From Thermoproteota archaeon (GTDB taxonomy: Archaea > Thermoproteota > Methanomethylicia > Methanomethylicales > Methanomethylicaceae), in the NCBI GenBank assembly GCA_029887795.1, contig JARXPE010000001.1, positions 1,386-65,385 of the forward strand: DNA of 64,000 nucleotides, in the 5' to 3' direction. A program made the translations under genes and the position numbers. Positions 1-8,375 of the stretch are shown piece by piece; position 1 is the stretch's first letter; every line of letters starts with the position of its first letter. The notes under the pieces are model-generated. The model was not told the DNA's origin. It was given only the letters and a program-made list of their open reading frames with translations, and did not search any database.

Positions 1-76
1 ATTGCAGGCACCATCTCTATATCTGATTGTGTAATCTCTTCCTTACTCGTGCAGGCTTCGTTCAAGGGTTATCAGC

Positions 77-1126
77 TCATAGGGAATCCGTGATTCTTTC
101 GGCAATCGCTTGCACAGTGGCGTTTGAATAGTCTTCGATATTTCCATTATCGCACGCTGCAGAGAGTTCAGGATCTATCGGGATCGAGCCCAAGAATTTA
201 GTATTGATCTTCTCCGCAAGCATCCGCCCTCTCGGTTCGCCGAAGAGGTTTATCCGCTCACCACATTTCGGGCATATGACATAAGACATGTTCTCTACGA
301 TACCCAAGATGGGGACGCCGAGCATTGTGGACATATTGATCGCCTTTGAAACGATGAGGTTAGCTAGTTCTTGCGGCGAGGTCACTACAACTACACCGTC
401 TAGTGGAAGGATCTGCATCACTGTTAGCTGAGCGTCGCTCGTCCCGGGAGGCAGATCAACTAGTAGGTAATCGAGTTCCCCCCAGTCCACGTCAACATAG
501 AACTGCCTTATGGCGCTGCTCACAAGCGGACCCCTCCAGATTACTGGGGCCTCTTGCCGACCAGTGATAAGGTTCATTGAAATTATCTTGATGCCGCTCT
601 TCGATGCCGGCGGCACTATCTTACCCTCCAGCACGAACGGCGGGGTATTCACGCCGAAGATCTTTGGGATGCTTGGACCAGTTATGTCGGCGTCCAAGAT
701 TCCAACCCTCATACCTTTCCTGGAGAGGGTTGCCGCTATGAGGGCGGTCACCGAGGATTTTCCGACCCCACCCTTCCCAGAGACTATAGCAATGATCTTC
801 TTAATCCCCCTCTTTGGTAGCTTCTCGAGGAGGTGTGCGCTCCTAGCCTTTATCTTGGCGGAGAGGGACCTCAACTCGTCTTCGTTCATGGTAGTCAGCT
901 CCAGCTCTACCTTACCTACACCCTCAATGTTCTTTACGGCGACCTCGGCCTCCTCCTTTAACCTACTAGCAAGCGGGCACGAGTCTGAAGTGAGGGCCAT
1001 TACAATCTTTACGTCGCTCCCCTCTACCTTTACGTCACGGACCATGTTAGCAGTGACTATGTCCATGCCTAGTTCGGGATCCACTACGCCCTTCAAAGCC
1101 TCCAAAACAGCATCCTTATTGACCAA
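77..1126 (-). CDS. Mrp/NBP35-family Fe-S cluster carrier ATPase (ApbC-like) with N-terminal DUF59/MIP18-like domain
   Basis: Deviant Walker A 'VSGKGGVGKSS'. N-terminal 'LKGVVDPELGMDIV' segment typical of the FeS-assembly DUF59 domain. C-terminal 'CPKCG' CxxC motif. 349 aa. Confidence 0.85.
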   Translation of the reverse strand: MVNKDAVLEALKGVVDPELGMDIVTANMVRDVKVEGSDVKIVMALTSDSCPLASRLKEEAEVAVKNIEGVGKVELELTTMNEDELRSLSAKIKARSAHLLEKLPKRGIKKIIAIVSGKGGVGKSSVTALIAATLSRKGMRVGILDADITGPSIPKIFGVNTPPFVLEGKIVPPASKSGIKIISMNLITGRQEAPVIWRGPLVSSAIRQFYVDVDWGELDYLLVDLPPGTSDAQLTVMQILPLDGVVVVTSPQELANLIVSKAINMSTMLGVPILGIVENMSYVICPKCGERINLFGEPRGRMLAEKINTKFLGSIPIDPELSAACDNGNIEDYSNATVQAIAERITDSL

Positions 1127-1252
1127 TGATAACGCCTCTTGAAGTGCTAAATATTTACCAGTCTTATAAATTTCTGCCTTGGTAGAACATCTTTATGGAT
1201 ATATGGTGTGGGGGAACCAAAAGTTTTTTAGTTGGATGGATAGACTATCCAT

Positions 1253-1831
1253 ATGGTACCGCATATGGAAGAAAGGCTGCCAAGGGTAAAGACGGTAACA
1301 TATACGGCCATGGTGATCGCCCTAGCGGTATCGTTAAGGTTGATCAAGTACACACTCTTCGGCTCTATTCAATTCGTAAACTTTCCCGCGGTATTCACCA
1401 TAATCGGTGGCGCACTTTTAGGACCTTCTTCTGGAGCGGTGATAGGATTCTCTTCCTATGTTCTGTCTGACATTATGATTGGGCTGCCTGGACCTTGGAC
1501 TGCCGTAAACTCAATTCTCATGGCTGGGTTTGGTTTTTTGAGTGGTCTTATATGGGGAAGGAGTGGTGTTAAACAGATAGGAAGACTAGGGCTTGCAGTC
1601 GGCGCCTACATAATGCTTTTGGCTTTTGATATCACAAACTCTTGGGCACTATTGGTCATTATGGGTTTTGACTGGTTAAGTGCCTTGATCATCGGGATAG
1701 TCGGCCTGTTCTTGCCGGCGGCGGGGGGTTACCTTTACGGTGTCGGACCGATCACGGAGGCGACCACTGTAATACTCATAGTGACGATAGTTAGCATGTT
1801 GAAGAAAAATGGGTTTTTGCTGAGAGCTTAA
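1253..1831 (+). CDS. Polytopic membrane protein, ECF-transporter S-component-like (substrate unknown)
   Basis: 192 aa with about 5–6 hydrophobic helices. The Gly-rich TM pattern and size resemble energy-coupling-factor S components. No adjacent EcfA/T genes. Confidence 0.45.
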   Translation: MVPHMEERLPRVKTVTYTAMVIALAVSLRLIKYTLFGSIQFVNFPAVFTIIGGALLGPSSGAVIGFSSYVLSDIMIGLPGPWTAVNSILMAGFGFLSGLIWGRSGVKQIGRLGLAVGAYIMLLAFDITNSWALLVIMGFDWLSALIIGIVGLFLPAAGGYLYGVGPITEATTVILIVTIVSMLKKNGFLLRA

Positions 1832-1898
1832 TATAACGGATATAGAAGAGAAAAATAAAAATAAAATAAAAATGAAAATGAAGGCTAAGCACCTACTT

Positions 1899-2351
1899 CT
1901 AGAACTTCGTTAGTTCCCACTTTATAGTCTCGCCGTTCTTCAGCATGTATTGGTCTGCACCCACAGGGCCCATGCTCCACCCGTTGGAAGTCCACGTATA
2001 CCAGATCCAGTATTTGTTTGCTGCAGGATCCTCTGAAACACCATTTATGGAATTTATCCAAATTCCCATTGAGGGATATACTGTGAATCTTACATTGCAG
2101 AGCTTTGCTGTGGCGTTAAAAAGGGTCCAGCCTATTGGCAAGTACGTGTCGTTGTACCACGTAACTGTCCCGTTGCCATAGCTAACAGCGAGGTTCACTT
2201 TAATTGCAACGTTTGAGACAATGGATTGGAGGTTCTCTATTGTGGTTTGCTGCCTCTGCGAAAGCATGTAGTAGTTCGAGGTTGCGACGGTGGCGCCTAC
2301 CGCCCAGACCAGAAATATGATTGAGGCAATAGCCCATATGTTGATCTTCAA
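1899..2351 (-). CDS. Secreted or membrane-anchored hypothetical protein (possible DUF4430-like fold)
   Basis: N-terminal signal/TM 'IWAIASIIFLVWAVGA'. Trp/Tyr-rich beta-type sequence ending '...YMLKNGETIKWELTKF'. 150 aa. Confidence 0.45.
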   Translation of the reverse strand: MKINIWAIASIIFLVWAVGATVATSNYYMLSQRQQTTIENLQSIVSNVAIKVNLAVSYGNGTVTWYNDTYLPIGWTLFNATAKLCNVRFTVYPSMGIWINSINGVSEDPAANKYWIWYTWTSNGWSMGPVGADQYMLKNGETIKWELTKF

Positions 2352-2444
2352 AATCTCCTCACCATTTGGACAGATAATCCATCCACAATATAAGCGTTAC
2401 TGGTAGATTTATATTTATAAGGGTATTGAAAACTGAAGAGTCCT

Positions 2445-2888
2445 ATGAGGGTCAAAGGCAAAGTGTTATCTTTCGGAATGGAGCCTGTTAGCGCGCTACC
2501 AGGTTTCTCCTGCAGGAGATGTGCAAGATGCTGTAAAGGTAAAGTCGTGGTACTTACAGACCAAGACATCTCCAGACTCAAACCCCATGTAAAAAATGAG
2601 TTTTTCGTGAAGACTTCAAAACTTGAGAAGAGACTGACAGGGGCGGATTATAAAATATTGATGGTTAATGGTCATTGTGTATTTCTAGACGGGAATTCTT
2701 GTGCCGTTTATGACTACAGACCAGACACCTGCAGAAGGCACCCTTTTCTGGTCACCGAGCGGTACATTCTTGTAGCAAAAGAGTGCCCTGGCATCGATTG
2801 GGGACGGACCCAAGAGACGGACTACTATAAAGAACTTTCAAAAAGCATAGCGCGAAATATAGAGAGGGCTCTTGAAGAAGGGTTTTAG
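2445..2888 (+). CDS. YkgJ/UPF0153-family putative zinc- or iron-chelating Cys-rich protein
   Basis: 'FSCRRCARCCKG' CxxCxxCC cluster followed by conserved 'NGHCVFLDGNSCAVY'. 147 aa. Confidence 0.6.
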   Translation: MRVKGKVLSFGMEPVSALPGFSCRRCARCCKGKVVVLTDQDISRLKPHVKNEFFVKTSKLEKRLTGADYKILMVNGHCVFLDGNSCAVYDYRPDTCRRHPFLVTERYILVAKECPGIDWGRTQETDYYKELSKSIARNIERALEEGF

Positions 2889-2943
2889 AGGAATGCAAAT
2901 TTTGGAAAAACAATTAAAAGGACAAGCCTCTAGAGACCATTCA

Positions 2944-3963
2944 TTAAGAATTCTCTACCCTTAGTCCAGGGCTTGAAAGGGACACGTCAAAAGGCATACC
3001 CCCAGCTAACCTAATTGCGAGCGAGACTTCCTTCACCCTATCAGGGCAGAGAGCCAAGATACAACCGCCACCACCCGCCCCGGTCATCTTTGACCCCAAA
3101 GCGCCAGCGCTTCTCGATGCGTAAACCATGTCATTTAGTGCCTTTGTAGAGACTCCCAAAGAGTCCAGTAGCCCATGGTTGATGTTCATCAGTGCCCCAA
3201 ACGAGGCCGGGTCTCCTTTTTTAATACAGGACCGGGCCTCCTCCACCAGCAGACCTATGGCATCCATTATCAGACCCACCACTTCGGGGTTTCGATCCTT
3301 TGCAGCCCTCACTTTTTTCAGTATCTGGGAGGTTGTCTCCTCCCTTTGAGTGTACCCCAGAACGGATGTAAAGTCGCATGGGATCTCTATGCGCTCCATA
3401 AGGGGCTTGGTGCCTTCGGGCTTAATATATAGGGTGCCGCCGTAGGTGGTGATTGCCGTATCCATCGGGCTCGCGATCCCCTGAACGGCAACCTCGGTGG
3501 CGTGACCCATCCTCGCGATTTCGTCGAGAACTATATCATGTCCAAGGAGTGCCGAGTATGCTGCAACCGTTCCGACAGAGATTGCGGCTGATGTTCCCAG
3601 ACCGGCTCCGATCGGCATTTCTGATTGAATAAAGATATTTGCGCCTGATTTTTTGTCGTAGTTCTCAGAGGCAACCTCTATAGCCTTAAGTATGTAGCGC
3701 AGAGGTTCTAGGATTTGGGATTTCCTCTCCCCCGCCTCAAACTCGAAATCGCCAAGACTCCTGTTTATTTTTAATGTTAGCCCTTGAAGTTTCAAGTCAG
3801 GCGATGAGACCTTTATAGAGGAGTCGCTCCTCCTCTCTGCCGTCACGTAAATCCTCCTGTTGATGGCGGATACAAGTGCAGGCTTTCCATAGACTACTGC
3901 ATGCTCGCCCAGTAAAGTGACTTTGCCGGGAACTGAGACGGTTATTCGCATCAGACCACCCAT
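2944..3963 (-). CDS. mvk: Mevalonate kinase (GHMP kinase family)
   Basis: N-terminal 'PGKVTLLGEHAVVYG' and GHMP ATP-binding 'PIGAGLGTSAAISVG' motifs. 339 aa. Confidence 0.85.
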   Translation of the reverse strand: MGGLMRITVSVPGKVTLLGEHAVVYGKPALVSAINRRIYVTAERRSDSSIKVSSPDLKLQGLTLKINRSLGDFEFEAGERKSQILEPLRYILKAIEVASENYDKKSGANIFIQSEMPIGAGLGTSAAISVGTVAAYSALLGHDIVLDEIARMGHATEVAVQGIASPMDTAITTYGGTLYIKPEGTKPLMERIEIPCDFTSVLGYTQREETTSQILKKVRAAKDRNPEVVGLIMDAIGLLVEEARSCIKKGDPASFGALMNINHGLLDSLGVSTKALNDMVYASRSAGALGSKMTGAGGGGCILALCPDRVKEVSLAIRLAGGMPFDVSLSSPGLRVENS

Positions 3964-4107
3964 CCGAACGTGGATCTTGAAATTGCTTAACTTATTTCAC
4001 TGAAAACCAAGCTTATAAGCAGTTTCACCCTAAGAAGATTTTAATCGATAACTCCAGATAGGTTAAAACAAATTTCAACAAAAACACCAGAAACAAAGGG
4101 GATTCTG

Positions 4108-5433
4108 ATGAAAGAGAAACTCTTCTCAATTGGCGAGGAGGTATTGGGTGCCCTCCTTAAGAAAGGGGCTGATGGAGGCATAGTCATCCCTGTGCACAGA
4201 GATAGGACTATGATAAGGTTCGCAAACAACAAGATAACGGTAGTTCAGAGTTGGTCTATCATCGGTGTGGATTTTTTGTGTACATTTGGCAGAAGGAGGG
4301 TGATAGGAAGAATTGAGGGCCTCTCTGAGGGCGCGGTTAAATCGAGTGTTGAGAGGGCTTTGGCTGAGGCAAAACTCGTGCCGGAGGATAAAGAGTTTGT
4401 GCCCATACCTGAAGGCAATAAGTACGCCGAAAGGGCTGCGGGTGAAGAGATAGACCCCGATAGGATGAGTGAAAGCGCAAATGATGCCATCGATGCTGCC
4501 CTTAAAGAGGGGGCCGAGAGGGTTTCAGGAGCATTTACTGGGGATATAACAAGGCGCTGCATATTGAGCAGCAAAGGGGCAGAAGGGTACGACGAAAGAC
4601 CGTCTTATGAGCTGAATGTCAGAGCCTTCAAGGGAGAGGCCTCGGGCCAGGGGCTGTCTTGTGCAACGTCCATAAAGTTCATTGATGCTGAGGGTGCAGG
4701 AAGGGAGGCGGGATTGATAGTCAGGAAGGGGGCGAATTTCATAAGTTGGAGTGAGGGCAAATACCAAATCCTGTTAGGACCAATAATAGCGGCTAATCTT
4801 ATAGAACACTTGGGAGAGTCGGCCTCCGCATTCTCTGTCGATGCGGGACTATCCTGTCTGGCAGGGAAGATCGGGGAAAGGATCTTCTCCGAGGATCTTA
4901 CGGTGATTGACGACGGATCATGCGAGGAGGGGCTCTCTTCAAGAACGTTTGATGATGAGGGCATAAAGACTAGGAAGAATATAATCGTGGAGAAAGGAAC
5001 GGTTAAGGGGTACCTTCACAATGTCAAGACCGCTTTAAAATTCAAGACAGAGAGTACTGGAAACGCAGGATGGATAATGCCATCACCTTGGAATTTGGTG
5101 ATCGAAAAAGGAAGTATTGGATTCGAAGATGCCCTTGAGGAAATTAAAAACGGCTTGTACATAGTGAGCAATTGGTACACAAGGTTCCAGAATTACAGCA
5201 CAGGGGACTTCTCCACAATATGCAGAGACGGCGTATTCTTAATTGAGAATGGTGAGTTGAAAGGAGCGCTCAAAGGCGTAAGGATCAGTGACAACATTGT
5301 AAGGCTCTTCAGTTCAATAAGCGCGGTTTGTAAAGAGCGAAAGTGGGTGAGGTGGTGGGAAGTCAGAACACCCGCATACCTTCCGGCGATGGTAGCAAAC
5401 GACGTTAGGGTAACGAAAGCTCAAGGGACCTAA
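4108..5433 (+). CDS. TldD/PmbA-family metallopeptidase
   Basis: 441 aa, with size and sequence pattern of the PmbA/TldD family. Family-level call only. Confidence 0.65.
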   Translation: MKEKLFSIGEEVLGALLKKGADGGIVIPVHRDRTMIRFANNKITVVQSWSIIGVDFLCTFGRRRVIGRIEGLSEGAVKSSVERALAEAKLVPEDKEFVPIPEGNKYAERAAGEEIDPDRMSESANDAIDAALKEGAERVSGAFTGDITRRCILSSKGAEGYDERPSYELNVRAFKGEASGQGLSCATSIKFIDAEGAGREAGLIVRKGANFISWSEGKYQILLGPIIAANLIEHLGESASAFSVDAGLSCLAGKIGERIFSEDLTVIDDGSCEEGLSSRTFDDEGIKTRKNIIVEKGTVKGYLHNVKTALKFKTESTGNAGWIMPSPWNLVIEKGSIGFEDALEEIKNGLYIVSNWYTRFQNYSTGDFSTICRDGVFLIENGELKGALKGVRISDNIVRLFSSISAVCKERKWVRWWEVRTPAYLPAMVANDVRVTKAQGT

Positions 5434-5452
5434 GTAAAATAAGAAATAGTAA

Positions 5453-5515
5453 GCGCTTTTTTAATCAAATTTTATATTAAACAAAAATGGCAATAAAACA
5501 AAAAAATGGAAATAT
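5453..5515. terminator. Convergent intergenic oligo-T/oligo-A tracts (archaeal-type terminators for TldD and the aminotransferase)
   Basis: 'GCGCTTTTTT' on the + strand after the TldD stop. 'CAAAAAAATGG' is T7 on the minus strand after the aminotransferase stop. Confidence 0.3.
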
Positions 5516-5570
5516 GAAAGGAAGAGTAGAAAGGATTTTTAAGTGATCAACCAGGGGTGTGAGGGGACCC

Positions 5571-6923
5571 TCACTTCTCCACTTCTGCGTCAGCGATCTT
5601 CAGTGCCTCGTCGAAGGCATCTATCGCAAAGTCGATCTGCTCTTTATTGATTATGAGCGGTGGCGCAATTACGAAGTGGCTTATCCAAGAAGATATGGAT
5701 ACCCCGCGCTTATTGAGTTCTGCCGCAACCTTGTCGACCATCAGTGGAAGCCCTGCTGCTTTATCTGCACGTGTGTTGAATGGCTTCTTCGTCTTCCTGT
5801 TCTTCACGATCTCCAAAGCCCAGAATAGACCAATCCCTCTCACGTCGCCGACCGAGACATGCCTATCCTTGAGTTCATTGAGCCTCTTACCAAGGTAAGC
5901 CCCCATAGTTTTGGCATTCTCGAAGAGGTTAAGTCGCTTGTACTCATTGATTGCGGCTACGACGGGCGCCATTGCCAGTGGGTGTGCTTCGTAAGTGTGA
6001 CCGTGTGCGAAGTAGTTCTCCTCAAAGTAATCGGCAATCTTCTTCGTTGTTGCAGTAATGCCCAGCGGCGTGTAAGCCCCGGTGCTACCTTTAGCAGTGG
6101 TTAGTATGTCGGGCTTAACTCCCCAGTTTTCGACGGCGAACCAAGTCCCAGTTCTGCCCCAACCAGACATAACCTCATCAGCGATAAATATTACATTATT
6201 CTCCTCTGCAATCTGCTTTAGCCTCGGTAGGTACTCCTTAACTGGAACCAATACCCCGTTCGTTCCAACAACAGGTTCAACTATAATTCCGGCAACGTTC
6301 GCCTCGTTCTTTATCATATAGTCAACATACTCAGCACAAGTTATGCCGCAGTCGGGATACTCCTGTTTAAATGGGCACCTGTAGCAGTAACAGTCAGGCG
6401 CGAATATTACGCTCGAGATCTTGCCAGTCGGCTCTATGAACCATCTTCTTGGATCGCCCGTGCAGGCGACAGATCCCATTGTCGATCCATGGTAGGAGTG
6501 GTATCTAGAGATAATTTTGTATGCGCCCCTCGGCTTCTGGTACATCATCACTATCTTCAGGGCAGCCTCATTAGCCTCAGTGCCAGATGTCGAATAGAAT
6601 ATCTTTTCGAGCCCCTGTGGCAATACCTCAACTAGTGCTTGGCTCACTTTTGCCCTTACTTCAAGGGCGTAGGCAGGGGATATATAGGGTATCTTCTTTG
6701 CCTGCTCTATTATGGCATCTATGACGGCCTTGTTCTTGTGACCAAGGTTGGAGCACATTAGTTGCGAGGAAAAGTCCAGCAGTTTCCTCCCGGTAACATC
6801 CGTAAAGTATACACCTTCAGCATCTACTATGTGGGGCGGTTTCTTCCAGGCTTTTTGGGCACGCCATGTGCCGTAGGTATATTTTGCTACTAACTCAACA
6901 ATTTCATCAGGTTGTCCGGACAA
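5571..6923 (-). CDS. Class III (acetylornithine/GABA-type) PLP-dependent aminotransferase
   Basis: 'DEVMSGWGRTGTWFA' PLP-lysine region and 'GHTYEAHPLAMA' motif. 450 aa. Substrate not assignable from sequence. Confidence 0.8.
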   Translation of the reverse strand: MSGQPDEIVELVAKYTYGTWRAQKAWKKPPHIVDAEGVYFTDVTGRKLLDFSSQLMCSNLGHKNKAVIDAIIEQAKKIPYISPAYALEVRAKVSQALVEVLPQGLEKIFYSTSGTEANEAALKIVMMYQKPRGAYKIISRYHSYHGSTMGSVACTGDPRRWFIEPTGKISSVIFAPDCYCYRCPFKQEYPDCGITCAEYVDYMIKNEANVAGIIVEPVVGTNGVLVPVKEYLPRLKQIAEENNVIFIADEVMSGWGRTGTWFAVENWGVKPDILTTAKGSTGAYTPLGITATTKKIADYFEENYFAHGHTYEAHPLAMAPVVAAINEYKRLNLFENAKTMGAYLGKRLNELKDRHVSVGDVRGIGLFWALEIVKNRKTKKPFNTRADKAAGLPLMVDKVAAELNKRGVSISSWISHFVIAPPLIINKEQIDFAIDAFDEALKIADAEVEK

Positions 6924-7095
6924 GTTTCGGCCTCCTGTAGTGCGTATGGATTGATTGTAGATGGTATTAAGCTTTTGCTATAAATTTTGATGTTAATATT
7001 ATGGATAAAAATTGTCAAAATGATGCATTCCTGGTATTTCTCCTACTGAATGTTTTAAAAACAAGGAGTCTGCTTATATGATAGGTTGAGTTGGG

Positions 7096-8355
7096 ATGGC
7101 ATTCCTTTCAAGAAAGAGGGGTTTTGAAGGGCTGAAAAAAGTAAACGAGGCACTTGAATTGGTTATGAAGTTCTGCGGATCGAAGAATTTGGGGTCTGAG
7201 GTAGTACCTTCCAAAGAGGCGTGTGGTAGGATATTAGAGGAGGACGTGGTATCCAAGATCGACGTGCCGCCTTACGACAGGTCAGCCGTAGATGGTTTTG
7301 CGGTGAGGTCCCAAGAAACCTTCAGCGCGACTCCTTCCAACCCAGCTTTCTTTAGACTTAAAGGAACGATCGAGGCGGGATCGTTTGCGGGTGAGGTTGG
7401 TGAAGGGGAGTGCTACGAAGTTTACACGGGGGCGCCCATGCCAAAAGGTGCAGATGTAGTGGTGATGTTAGAGGATTGTGAAATTGAAGGAGAGTATGTA
7501 AAAGTCAAGAGGGCAGTCCCCAAGTTTGCCAATGTATCCCTCAAAGGGGAGGACATTAAGGCAGGAGATATTATCATCCGCAAGGGCGAGCTTTTGAGAC
7601 CGTGGCACATCGGAGTCTTGGCATCCGTAGGGGAGGAGAAAGTGGTTGTGAGGAGAAAGCCAAAGGTGGCCATCCTCTCAACAGGGGAAGAATTGATAGA
7701 GGTTGAGGATGCAAAAAAGGTCTCTGGTAAGATCGTAGACTCGACAAGACCAATGATTGTTGCGGCTTTGAAGGAGATCGGATGCGAGGTCATAGACAGA
7801 GGCATTGTACCAGACGATTTTAATCGGATTTCAGACGAGCTGATAGCTTTGTCGAAATTAGCAGATATGATCATAACAATTGGTGGAACCTCGATGGGTG
7901 GCAAAGATCTAGTTCCAGAGGTTGTGAAGAGGAAGTTTTTCTTGGCTTTCCATGGGCTCTCGGTTAAGCCTGGCAAGCCCACAGGGTTCGGGATTGTTAA
8001 TGAAGTTCCAGTAGTGATGTTGCCAGGCTACCCAGTCTCAGCATTTATCGGTTTTGAGAATATAGCCATGCCCGTATTATACAATTGGACGGGAAAGAGG
8101 CACCCTAAGAGAGAGAAAGTCAGGGCGATCATGGCAAGGAGGATAGCAAGTACGCCAGGTGTGAGGCACTTCTTGAGGGTGACGCTGGTTGAAAGGGAAG
8201 GAAGGGTGTTCGCAGAGCCCATAGCCATCACTGGCTCAGGACTCCTCTCTTCTATAACGAAGGCTGACGGGCTTGTGGTAATCACGGAGGATCTTGAAGG
8301 TATCGAGGAGGGATCTGAGGTAGAGGTAGAACTGCTCAGGGAGGGGTTCCAGTGA
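7096..8355 (+). CDS. moeA: Molybdopterin molybdenumtransferase MoeA
   Basis: MoeA N-terminal, MoCF-binding ('ILSTGEEL', 'GGTSMG') and C-terminal domains. 419 aa. Confidence 0.8.
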   Translation: MAFLSRKRGFEGLKKVNEALELVMKFCGSKNLGSEVVPSKEACGRILEEDVVSKIDVPPYDRSAVDGFAVRSQETFSATPSNPAFFRLKGTIEAGSFAGEVGEGECYEVYTGAPMPKGADVVVMLEDCEIEGEYVKVKRAVPKFANVSLKGEDIKAGDIIIRKGELLRPWHIGVLASVGEEKVVVRRKPKVAILSTGEELIEVEDAKKVSGKIVDSTRPMIVAALKEIGCEVIDRGIVPDDFNRISDELIALSKLADMIITIGGTSMGGKDLVPEVVKRKFFLAFHGLSVKPGKPTGFGIVNEVPVVMLPGYPVSAFIGFENIAMPVLYNWTGKRHPKREKVRAIMARRIASTPGVRHFLRVTLVEREGRVFAEPIAITGSGLLSSITKADGLVVITEDLEGIEEGSEVEVELLREGFQ

Positions 8356-8375
8356 GAAGGATATTCCACCGACTG

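Noticed and set aside
510-1142. 210-aa ORF on the + strand overlapping the Mrp/ApbC gene
   Set aside because: It is fully antisense to a strongly supported CDS. The translation is low-complexity (Ser/Thr/Pro-rich) with no motifs, which is the typical shadow ORF from codon bias.
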